From Octopus sinensis (lineage: Eukaryota), in the NCBI RefSeq assembly GCF_006345805.1, contig NW_021835377.1, forward strand, positions 1 through 41,294: a stretch of 41,294 bases of DNA, in the 5' to 3' direction. The stretch's first letter is position 1. Every line of letters starts with the position of its first letter. The position numbers and the translations under genes were made by a program. A model generated the notes under the pieces. The model saw only the letters and a program-made list of their open reading frames with translations, ran no database searches and was not told the origin of the DNA. Below are positions 26,141 to 37,393 of this stretch, one piece after another.

Positions 26141-26299
26141 TATATATAATAATATATATATAATATATTATATATATATACATACATACATATACAACAT
26201 GAGAAAATGGAGAATACATCTAAATCATTAATCAATTATCAGATAATACTTTATTAAACCCTGTCTCAATTTGTATATATATACATATATATTATTATA

Positions 26300-26334
<35 letters not shown>

Positions 26335-26340
26335 ATATAT

Positions 26341-29042
26341 AATTTCAACAATTGAGGGCAAAATTAATTAATTATTAATCAATTTCACCAAGTGTTCAGT
26401 ATGCAAAGGGACCATTCAAGGCGAATTCAAATTATTACATTATATAAAAGGGCTTAGTAAAATAAATTACTTTGCCGCATACTGAACTCATTAGAAATAG
26501 CAGCTAAAAAACTTTTTTAAAACTATTTCTAATACTTAAAGAAAATCTCTCTCATATATAGTGTTTGCTTAATTCAACTCACAAAAGTTTGGGGGTAAGG
26601 ACATCGAAAAATCAAATGCTAAGGTTATTCGAGAACGTACGTTTCAAGATTAGTCAAAACAACATTTCTATCATCGGCTCAGAAATTCCTTGGTTTGGAT
26701 TTGGAAACACTGAAAATAAGAACATACCCTTTCGAAGATCTGCTTCCAACTAACAGTGCCAACAAATTCAAATAAGCAAGCGAAGAATCTCTGTTCTCCC
26801 CTTTCCACCAGCGTGGGTTAAAATCATCAAACACTATGCTTATTTCGATTTCGGTAAAATCCGAAGCATTAATCAGAGGGAGATTAATTATAATTTCAAT
26901 CAACAATTGAGGGCAAAATTAATTAATTATTAATCATTTCACCAAGTGTTCAGTATGCAAAGGGACCATTCAAGGCGAATTCAAATTATTACATTATATA
27001 AAAGGGCTTAGTAAAATAAATTACTTTGCCGCATACTGAACTCATTAGAAATAGCAGCTAAAAAACTTTTTTAAAACTATTTCTAATACTTAAAGAAAAT
27101 CTCTCTCATATATAGTGTTTGCTTAATTCAACTCACAAAAGTTTGGGGGTAAGGACATCGAAAAATCAAATGCTAAGGTTATTCGAGAACGTACGTTTCA
27201 AGATTAGTCAAAACAACATTTCTATCATCGGCTCAGAAATTCCTTGGTTTGATTTGGAAACACTGAAAATAAGAACATACCCTTTCGAAGATCTGCTCCC
27301 AACTAACAGTGCCAACAAATTCAAATAAGCAAGCGAAGAATCTCTGTTCTCCCCTTTCCACCAGCGTGGGTTAAAATCATCAAACACTATGCTTATTTCG
27401 GTTATTTCGGTAAAATCCGAAGCATTAATCAGAGGGAGATTAATTATAATTTCAACAATTGAGGGCAAAATTAATTAATTATTAATCAATTTCACCAAGT
27501 GTTTAGTATGCAAAGGGACCATTCAAGGCGAATTCAAATTATTACATTATATAAAAGGGCTTAGTAAAATAAATTACTTTGCCGCATACTGAACTCATTA
27601 GAAATAGCAGCTAAAAAACTTTTTTAAAACTATTTCTAATACTTAAAGAAAATCTCTCTCATATATAGTGTTTGCTTAATTCAACTCACAAAAGTTTGGG
27701 GGTAAGGACATCGAAAAATCAAATGCTAAGGTTATTCGAGAACGTACGTTTCAAGATTAGTCAAAACAACATTTCTATCATCGGCTCAGAAATTCCTTGG
27801 TTTGGATTTGGAAACACTGAAAATAAGAGCATACCCTTTCGAAGATCTGCTCCCAACTAACAGTGCCAACAAATTCAAATAAGCAAGCGAAGAATCTCTG
27901 TTCTCCCCTTTCCACCAGCGTGGGTTAAAATCATCAAACACTATGCTTATTTCGGTAAAATCCGAAGCATTAATCAGAGGGAGATTATTATATAATTTCA
28001 ACAATTGAGGGCAAAATTAATTAATTATTAATCAATTTCACCAAGTGTTCAGTATGCAAAGGGACCATTCAAGGCGAATTCAAATTATTACATTATATAA
28101 AAGGGCTTAGTAAAATAAATTACTTTGCCGCATACTGAACTCATTAGAAATAGCAGCTAAAAAACTTTTTTAAAACTATTTCTAATACTTAAAGAAAATC
28201 TCTCTCATATATAGTGTTTGCTTAATTCAACTCACAAAAGTTTGGGGGTAAGGACATCGAAAAATCAAATGCTAAGGTTATTCGAGAACGTACGTTTCAA
28301 GATTAGTCAAAACAACATTTCTATCATCGGCTCAGAAATTCCTTGGTTTGGATTTGGAAACACTGAAAATAAGAACATACCCTTTCGAAGATCTGCTCCC
28401 AACTAACAGTGCCAACAAATTCAAATAAGCAAGCGAAGAATCTCTGTTCTCCCCTTTCCACCAGCGTGGGTTAAAATCATCAAACACTATGCTTATTTCG
28501 GTAAAATCCGAAGCATTAATCAGAGGGAGATTAATTATAATTTCAACAATTGAGGGCAAAATTAATTAATTATTAATCAATTTCACCAAGTGTTAGTATG
28601 CAAGGGACCATTCAAGGCGAATTCAAATTATTACATTATATAAAAGGGCTTAGTAAAATAAATTACTTTGCCGCATACTGAACTCATTAGAAATAGCAGC
28701 TAAAAAACTTTTTTAAAACTATTTCTAATACTTAAAGAAAATCTCTCTCATATATAGTGTTTGCTTAATTCAACTCACAAAAGTTTGGGGGTAAGGACAT
28801 CGAAAAATCAAATGCTAAGGTTATTCGAGAACGTACGTTTCAAGATTAGTCAAAACAACATTTCTATCATCGGCTCAGAAATTCCTTGGTTTGGATTTGG
28901 AAACACTGAAAATAAGAGCATACCCTTTCGAAGATCTGCTCCCAACTAACAGTGCCAACAAATTCAAATAAGCAAGCGAAGAATCTCTGTTCTCCCCTTT
29001 CCACCAGCGTGGGTTAAAATCATCAAACACTATGCTTATTTC
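26341..29042 (-). repeat. Left arm of the palindromic array: ~4.9 tandem copies of a ~545-554-bp non-coding unit (ribozyme strand is minus)
   Basis: The same short ORF recurs at 26565, 27119, 27672, 28218 and 28761; the arm begins directly after (TA)n. Confidence 0.97.
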
Positions 29043-31168
29043 ACTTGGTGAAATTGATTAATAATTAATTAATTTTGCCCTCAATTGTTGAAATTATAAT
29101 TAATCTCCCTCTGATTAATGCTTCGGATTTTACCGAAATAAGCATAGTGTGTTGATGATTTTAACCCCGCTGGTGGAAAGGGGAGAACAGAGATTCTTCG
29201 CTTGCTTATTTGAATTTGTTGGCACTGTTAGTTGGGAGCAGATCTTCGAAAGGGGTATGTTCTTATTTTCAGTGTTTCCAAATCCAAACCAAGGAATTTC
29301 TGAGCCGATGATAGAAATGTTGTTTTGACTAATCTTGAAACGTACGTTCTCGAATAACCTTAGCATTTGATTTTTCGATGTCCTTACCCCCAAACTTTTG
29401 TGAGTTGAATTAAGCAAACACTATATATGAGAGAGATTTTCTTTAAGTATTAGAAATAGTTTTAAAAAAGTTTTTTAGCTGCTATTTCTAATGAGTTCAG
29501 TATGCGGCAAAGTAATTTATTTTACTAAGCCCTTTTATATAATGTAATAATTTGAATTCGCCTTGAATGGTCCCTTTGCATACTGAACACTTGGTGAAAT
29601 TGATTAATAATTAATTAATTTTGCCCTCAATTGTTGAAATTATAATTAATCTCCCTCTGATTAATGCTTCGGATTTTACCGAAATAAGCATAGTGTTTGA
29701 TGATTTTAACCCACGCTGGTGGAAAGGGGAGAACAGAGATTCTTCGCTTGCTTATTTGAATTTGTTGGCACTGTTAGTTGGGAGCAGATCTTCGAAAGGG
29801 TATGTTCTTATTTTCAGTGTTTCCAAATCCAAACCAAGGAATTTCTGAGCCGATGATAGAAATGTTGTTTTGACTAATCTTGAAACGTACGTTCTCGAAT
29901 AACCTTAGCATTTGATTTTTCGATGTCCTTACCCCCAAACTTTTGTGAGTTGAATTAAGCAAACACTATATATGAGAGAGATTTTCTTTAAGTATTAGAA
30001 ATAGTTTTAAAAAAGTTTTTTAGCTGCTATTTCTAATGAGTTCAGTATGCGGCAAAGTAATTTATTTTACTAAGCCCTTTTATATAATGTAATAATTTGA
30101 ATTCGCCTTGAATGGTCCCTTTGCATACTGAACACTTGGTGAAATTGATTAATAATTAATTAATTTTGCCCTCAATTGTTGAAATTATAATTAATCTCCC
30201 TCTGATTAATGCTTCCGGATTTTACCGAAATAAGCATAGTGTTTGATGATTTTAACCCACGCTGGTGGAAAGGGGAGAACAGAGATTCTTCGCTTGCTTA
30301 TTTGAATTTGTTGGCACTGTTAGTTGGGAGCAGATCTTCGAAAGGGGTATGTTCTTATTTTCAGTGTTTCCAAATCCAAACCAAGGAATTTCTGAGCCGA
30401 TGATAGAAATGTTGTTTTGACTAATCTTGAAACGTACGTTCTCGAATAACCTTAGCATTTGATTTTTCGATGTCCTTACCCCCAAACTTTTGTGAGTTGA
30501 ATTAAGCAAACACTATATATGAGAGAGATTTTCTTTAAGTATTAGAAATAGTTTTAAAAAAGTTTTTTAGCTGCTATTTCTAATGAGTTCAGTATGCGGC
30601 AAAGTAATTTATTTTACTAAGCCCTTTTATATATGTAATAATTTGAATTCGCCTTGAATGGTCCCTTTGCATACTGAACACTTGGTGAAATTGATTAATA
30701 ATTAATTAATTTTGCCCTCAATGTTGAAATTATAATTAATCTCCCTCTGATTAATGCTTCGGATTTTACCGAAATAAGCATAGTGTTTGATGATTTTAAC
30801 CCACGCTGGTGGAAAGGGGAGAACAGAGATTCTTCGCTTGCTTATTTGAATTTGTTGGCACTGTTAGTTGGGAGCAGATCTTCGAAAGGGTATGTTCTTA
30901 TTTTCAGTGTTTCCAAATCCAAACCAAGGAATTGCTGAGCCGATGATAGAAATGTTGTTTTGACTAATCTTGAAACGTACGTTCTCGAATAACCTTAGCA
31001 TTTGATTTTTCGATGTCCTTACCCCCAAACTTTTGTGAGTTGAATTAAGCAAACACTATATGAGAGAGATTTTCTTTAAGTATTAGAATAGTTTTAAAAA
31101 AGTTTTTTAGCTGCTATTTCTAATGAGTTCAGTATGCGGCAAAGTAATTTATTTTACTAAGCCCTTTT

Positions 31169-31172
<4 letters not shown>
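29043..31172 (+). repeat. Right arm of the palindromic array: ~3.9 tandem copies of the same unit, inverted (ribozyme strand is plus)
   Basis: Reverse-complement copies with ~545-bp period; the arm ends in (TA)n. Confidence 0.97.
29298..29354 (+). ncRNA. Variant minimal type I hammerhead ribozyme. Representative of 9 copies: + at 29298, 29843, 30390, 30933; - at 26628-26684, 27182-27238, 27735-27791, 28281-28337, 28824-28880
   Basis: Stem I UUC(U)GAG/CUCGAA; core CCGAUGA (U4C); stem II UAGA...UCUU (U-U closing); GAAA; palindromic stem III CGUACG; cleavage triplet GUU. Confidence 0.6.
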
Positions 31173-31200
<28 letters not shown>

Positions 31201-31225
31201 CCAGTTACGCAATGGCGTCGATATA

Positions 31226-32078
31226 ATCGCCTTAATCCGTATGTCTGTCTTTGTTTGTCCCCTCTGTGTTTAGCCTCTTATGGGTAGTAAAGAAATAGGT
31301 ATTTCGGCTGCCGCTACGCTCTGAGTTCAAATTCCGCTGAGGTCGACTTTGGCTGCCATTTCTAGCATATGGATATCCTTCTTGAAGGCCTGATCGATTT
31401 GCTTGACTAAATGCGGTGCTCCAGCATGGCCACAATTAAATGACTGAAACAAGTAAAATAAAAGAACATATATATATATATATATATATGTTTTGATTTT
31501 CCTTGTTTCAGTCATTTGACTGTGGCCATGCTGGAGCACCGCATTTAGTCGAGCAAATCAATCCCAAGACATTATTTTTAACCTAGTATGTATTCATACA
31601 TACACACACACAAACACACACACATATGTGTGTTTTCATTTCTGTGTCTGCGTGCGCGCGAGTTTCCAGTTCATTGTTTGTGCGTGTGTGTGTGTGTGCG
31701 CGCGCTAGTGTATGCGTGTGGGCGTGCGTGTGGGCGTGTGTGTGTGAGTGTGTAACTGTGTATTTTCATTTGTGTGTGTGTGTGTTTGTCCCTATGTGTG
31801 TGTGCGTGTGTGAGTGTGAGTGTGTCTGAGTATTTTCATTTCTGTGTGTGAGTGTTTCAGTGTGTAACTGTGCATTTTCAATTTTGTGCATGAATGTGTG
31901 TGAGTGTTTGTGTGTGTGTCGTTACGCACGCACGCACTGGTGTCGAAAGGCACAAACGCACACATACACACACGCAATTGAAAATACAGTCACACACGCA
32001 CAGACACGCACACACACACACACACCACGCACGCTCGCGCACACACACACACAAACACACACACACACAAAAACACAC

Positions 32079-32119
<41 letters not shown>

Positions 32120-32270
32120 CATTTCAAAATAGAAAATTGCCCATTAACAGGTAATTTTTACATGCTAGAAATAGCAGCCAAACTTTGCCACGATCCTTCA
32201 TTTTCTAGCAAATTTTCAAGTCCATGAAAAATAAAAACCTTTATCTTGTTAAATATCTTGTTAAATATAT
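31226..32270 (+). repeat. Composite duplicated block Y1 (SINE fragments, SINE-tail palindrome, TG/CA-rich tracts)
   Basis: Matches 36781-38330. It includes GCTACGCTCTGAGTTCAAATTCCGC.GAGGTCGACTTTG, the head of a second tRNA-derived SINE family. Confidence 0.88.
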
Positions 32271-32329
32271 ACAGCTACATATATAATATACCACACACAC
32301 ACACACAAATATATATATATATACATACT

Positions 32330-32331
<2 letters not shown>

Positions 32332-32412
<81 letters not shown>
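32332..32412. repeat. Long pure (TA)n microsatellite
   Basis: Direct reading. Confidence 0.95.
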
Positions 32413-32418
<6 letters not shown>

Positions 32419-32517
32419 TCAAGATGAGAAAATGGAGAAATACATCTAAATCAAATATCAATTATCAGATAATACTTTATTAAACCCTATATCAATTTGT
32501 ATATATATATACATATA

Positions 32518-32567
<50 letters not shown>

Positions 32568-32583
32568 TATATATATATATATA

Positions 32584-32762
32584 GGGGGGCAAAGGAAAAT
32601 GATTGCGTCTCTCATAGCCTCTCCTCTCCAGGTGTAATGATCGCTGCAGAACTTCTACCTGGCTGCGCCTTGTGGAAAGTTCTTGCTTATGGCCTCTCCT
32701 GCACTACTGTGTCCACAGCAGCACTTCACGCGGTACCCCCTGTTCTTACTGAGCCTGCTGTG
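32584..32762 (+). ncRNA. HDV-like self-cleaving ribozyme fold at the RTE 5' end (slightly degenerate)
   Basis: P1 GGGGGG (32584-89)/CCCCCU (32736-41) with a G1-U wobble; P2 CACAGCAG (32714-21)/CUGCUGUG (32755-62); L3 UUCACGC (32725-31); J4/2 CUGA (32749-52). P3 is imperfect and P4 is essentially absent. Confidence 0.6.
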
Positions 32763-33323
32763 TGGCGCGACCGGGTGCTTGGCGGTATAACCGGGTGGGC
32801 AGACTGGGCTCGTTAGCCTTGGTTGACAGCCAGTCTAGGAGAAGGAAAACTCTGACTCCAAACCCTCGCTCCGCTGCCTTGCGGATGCTCTTGGGAGAGG
32901 GAAAGGCTATGGGAGTAAACCCAGACAGAAAATCCGGAGTGGAGCCCTGAAGGCGGTAGGGTGTCGAATCTCGACCCTTTTCCGGCAACTCCTGCAGCCA
33001 ACCAGACTCCAAACGTACTGCACTGCATTCCTTTGGATTATGTCTGGGGGCCCGAGAGGGAGATTCTGGTGTCTGGGCAGCCCAGTGTCTTCGTTCCTAC
33101 CGCCCAGGCTTGCGCCATGGAGAAACTACTCCATCGATGGAACAAGCTGAGATGGCAGTTACGAGTTTTAAGCCAGGGTGAATTGGCGTAATCCCGGGCG
33201 CTACGGGTCTCTAACGGTGGGAGGGATCATTGAAGTCCCACTGGTCAGCTACCGCCCGCCTTAAGCTGGGCACCCCCCGGCCAATAATGGTGCTAAGCCG
33301 CCACAGACTGCCCGCTTCAATGG

Positions 33324-36300
33324 GTGCTTGGAGCTAGGACAAAATCTGAAAAGCAGACTGAAAACCCTGCACCAGCAAACAAAGGAAAAACAAATACCCA
33401 GTCTCCAGTCTTGCGACTGGCCACCTGGAATGTCAGGACCATGTGCCCTGGCATCATTGACGATCTACGACAGATGAACGACAGTAGGAAGACAGCAGTC
33501 ATCAACACCGAATTGAAAAGGCTGAACATCGACATAGCGGCGCTGCAAGAGACCAGGCTCGCCGCAGACGGCATGCTACGGGAGAAGGACTACACCTTCT
33601 ACTGGCAGGGGAGACCCGTCGAGGAGGCCCGCCAGCATGGCGTGGGGTTTGCCGTGAGGAACAGCTTGCTCCCCATGGCGATCCCTCCTTCAAATGGCTC
33701 AGAGCGCATCCTCACTCTTGGCCTTGCAACATCAACGGGGAAGGTAAACATAATTAGTGCTTATGCCCCAACACTCCACTCTCCTCAGAAAATAAAAGGC
33801 CGGGTCTATGAGGAGCTCGCGCCACCATCAGCCAGATACCAGGGTCGGAGCCCATCTTCCTTCTGGGCGACTTCAACGCAAGGGTGGGATGATTCGATCA
33901 TGGGGCATGGCCAGACTGCCTTGGACGCTTTGGCGTGGGGAAGATGAATGAGAATGGCCAGAGACTGTTGGAGCTTTGCTCTTACCGGAAACTCTGCGTT
34001 ACCAACACATTCTTCACGACTAAGCCACAACACCGGGTCTCATGGAGGCACCCAAGGTCCGGACACTGGCACCAACTGGACATGGTCATCACCCGGCGAG
34101 CCCACCTCGGCAGTGTGCTTCTCACACGCAGCTACCATGGTGCTGACTGTGATACAGACCACTCTCTTGTGTGCAGTAGGGTCCGATTGGCCCCAAAGAA
34201 AATCCGCCGTCCCGTAGGGAAAAGCCGCCCACGCATCAACACCGCCAGGACAACCAACCCCGACCTCCGCTCGGAATTCACCAACCGCATGGAGGAGGCC
34301 CTTAAAGATCACGCAGCCACGTCCATCGAGGAGAGATGGCAGCTTATTCGCGACACCACTTGCAGAATAGTCATGTCATCCCTAGGAAAGAGGGAGCGGA
34401 GAAATCAAGACTGGTTTGAGGCTCACCTGCCTGAGATGGAGCCTGTCATTGCTGCCAAGAGGGAAGCACTGGTCAACTATAAGCGCGACCCATCAGAAAA
34501 GAACCTGGCTACTCTAAGAACAGCCAGAAGTGACGCCCAGAGGACGGCCAGACGTTGCGCCAACATCTACTGGCAGAACCTATGCCAGAACATCCAGTGC
34601 TGTGCTGACAGTGGTAACGTGAAAGGGATGTACGAGGGGATGAAGAAGCATTCAGGCCCACTGTCAGCAAGGTTGTTTTACTGAAGTCCAGGGATGGCGA
34701 GGTCATCAAGGACCAAGCGAAGCAGATAGAGAGGTGGGTCGAGCATTACCAGAACCTCTACTCCACTGAGAATGTGGTCACCAGGTCTGCCCTCGCCGGC
34801 ATTCCTGCTCTGCCTGTCATGGAGGAGCTTGACCTGCCTCCAACAAAGGAAGAACTGAGCAAAGCAATTGACTCACTCGCTCGGGGCAAGGCACCAGGGC
34901 AAGACGGCATCCCCGCAGAAGTCATTCAGTGCGGGAAGCCAGCCCTTCTGGGCCATCTCCACGAGCTGCTCTGTCAGTGCTGGGAGGAGGGCTCTGTCCC
35001 TAAGGATATGCGTGACGCAAACATCATCACACTGTATAAAAACAAAGGGGACAGAAGCGACTGTAATAATTACAAGGGCATATCCCTGCTCAGCACTGTC
35101 GGTAAGGCATTTGCCAGGGTGGTCCTGAAGAGGTTGCAAATGCTTGCAGAGCGTGTGTACCCCGAGTCTCAGTCTGGCTTTAGGGCAGAGAGGTCTACAA
35201 TCGACATGATCTTCTCACTCAGGCAGCTTCAAGAAAAGAGTCGAGAACAGAGCAGCCCCTATACGTGGCCTTCATCGACCTGGCTAAGGCGTTCGACTCA
35301 GTCAGCAGGGAGGGGCTGTTTGCGCTCCTGGGTAGGATATGTTGCCCTCCCAGACTGCTGAAACTCATCACCTCCTTTCACGATACGGTATGCAGGGAAC
35401 AGTGCAGTTTGACGGATTGCCCTCGGAGTCGTTCGCCATCCAGAGTGGAGTGAAACAGGGTTGCGTTCTGGCGCCGACGCTCTTCGGAATTTTCTTCTCC
35501 CTTGTCCTGTCCTATGCCTTCAGAACGTCCGACGACGGAGTGTTCCTCCACACCAGGGCTGATGGTGGGTTGTTCAATCTTGCGCGCCTCAGAGCTAAGA
35601 CCAAAGTCCGTCAGGTGCTGATCAGAGAGATCCTCTTTGCTGACGATGCCGCCCTAACATCACACAACCAGCCGGGTCTCCAGAGGCTGTTCAGCTCCCT
35701 GGCGGATGCCTGCCAAGAGTTCGGCCTTACCATCGGCCTGAAAAAGACAGAGATCATGGGCCAGGACGTCGGAGGGGTCCCCAGCATCAGTGTCGGCGAC
35801 CACAGCTTGCAGGTGGTGAACGAGTTCACTTACCTGGGATCGACGGTCTCCAGCAGCCTGTCCCTCGAGCCGGAGCTGAACAGACGGATTGGGAGGGCTG
35901 CTGCTGCCATGGCTAAGCTCTCCAGGAGAGTGTGGGAAAACAACATGCTCACAATAACCACCAAGATCGCGGTGTACCGAGCCTGCGTGCTGAGCACCCT
36001 ACTCTACGGCAGCGAGAGCTGGACAACATACACCCGGCAGGAATGCCGCCACATGCGGTGTCTTCGACGGATCCTTGGCATCTCCTGGAAGGACCCAGTA
36101 CCAAACGGAGTCATCCTGGAACAGACTAATATGCCAAGCATGCATGCCCTCCTCGTGCGGAGACGACTGCGCTGGCTCGGACACGTCTGCCGCATGCAGG
36201 ACGGTCGCATGCCTAAAGACATCCTGTACAGCGAACTCACCACGGGATCCCGACCCAAGGGACGTCCACAGCTACGATACAGGGATGTGTGCAAGCGCGA

Positions 36301-36556
36301 CCTGAGGACTGCCAACATCTGTGTGGACACGTGGGAGGTAACAGCTGCTGGCCGCTCTGCCTGGCGTCGGACAGTGAGGAAAGGCGTTTCCATGGCTGAG
36401 GAAAGGAGAGCACAGCCGTGGTCGGACAGGAGGAGGACAACTGCAGCAACACCCCACACGTACCCATCGATGTTCGTGTGCAGCAACTGTACCAGGGACT
36501 GCCACTCTAGAATTGGACTGTTCAGTCACAGCAGACGCAGCACATCATCAAAGTAG
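33324..36556 (+). pseudogene. RTE polyprotein (APE endonuclease, reverse transcriptase, C-terminal C2H2), frameshifted
   Basis: ORFs 33324-33947 (LATWNVRTM, DIAALQETR, GVGFAV), 33935-34684 (HWHQLD, DTDHSLV), 34774-35361 (KNKGDRSDCNNYKGISLL, QSGFR) and 35339-36556 (GVKQGCVLAPTLF, LFADDA, CSNCTRDCHSRIGLFSH). Confidence 0.93.
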
Positions 36557-36780
36557 GCCCCACACTTGGCGCAACCCATTGTCTATCAAGACAGACGGGG
36601 AGAAGAGAAGAGATATATATACATACATATACAACATGAGAAAATGGAGAAATACATCTAAATCAAATATCAATTATCAGATAATACTTTATTACACCCT
36701 ATATCAATTTGTATATATATACATATATATATTTATATATATATTATATATATAATATAATATATATATATATATATATA

Positions 36781-37346
36781 ATCGCCTTAATCCGTATGTC
36801 GTCTTTGTTGTTGTCCCCTCTGTGTTTAGCCTCTTGTGGGTAGTAAAGAAATAGGTATTTCATCTGCCGCTACGCTCTGAGTTCAAATTCCGCCGAGGTC
36901 GACTTTGCCTGCTATTTCTAGCATATGGACAGCCTTCTTGAAGGCCTGATCGATTTGCTTGACTAAATGCGGTGCTCCAGCATGGCCACAGTCAAATGAC
37001 TGAAACAAGTAAAATAAAAGAACATATATATATATGTTTTGATTTTCCTTATTTCAGTCATTTGACTGTGGCCATGCTGGAGCACCGCATTTAGTCGAGC
37101 AAATCAATCCCAAGACATTATTTTTAACCCTAGCGGTTCTTGTCAAGCGATGTTGGAGGGGGGAGGGGGTAAACAGACACACACACACACTCACACACAC
37201 ATATATGTATACATTTATATACGATGGGCTTCTTTCAGTTTCCATCAACCAAATCTATTCATACATACACACACACAAACACACACACATATGTGTGTTT
37301 TCATTTCTGTGTCTGCGTGCGCGCGTGTTTCTAGTTCATTACTTGT

Positions 37347-37393
<47 letters not shown>

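Larger units (their letters stand above)
32584..36611 (+). mobile_element. Near full-length RTE-clade LINE inserted in (TA)n
   Basis: GC-rich 4-kb block. The 5' UTR has the RTE-type motif CAGTCTAGGAGAAGGAAAACTCTG. It encodes a single EN-RT polyprotein, followed by a short 3' UTR and an (AGAAG)n tail. Confidence 0.95.

Noticed and set aside
29488-29600. Alternative hammerhead CUAAUGA-stem-...GAAA in the array unit
   Set aside because: G5 is missing, 7 extra nucleotides lie before GAAA, and there is no convincing stem I/III closure. Treated as a plain stem-loop.
26565-31052. Repeated 62-95 aa ORFs in the array (MLNSTHKSLG..., MPSIVEIIIN...)
   Set aside because: They are short, mostly start at non-ATG codons, have no recognisable domain, and are freely frameshifted between copies.
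26341-31172. Tandem 5S rRNA, snRNA, tRNA or histone gene cluster
   Set aside because: No recognisable RNA gene, Pol III box pair or histone sequence in the unit.
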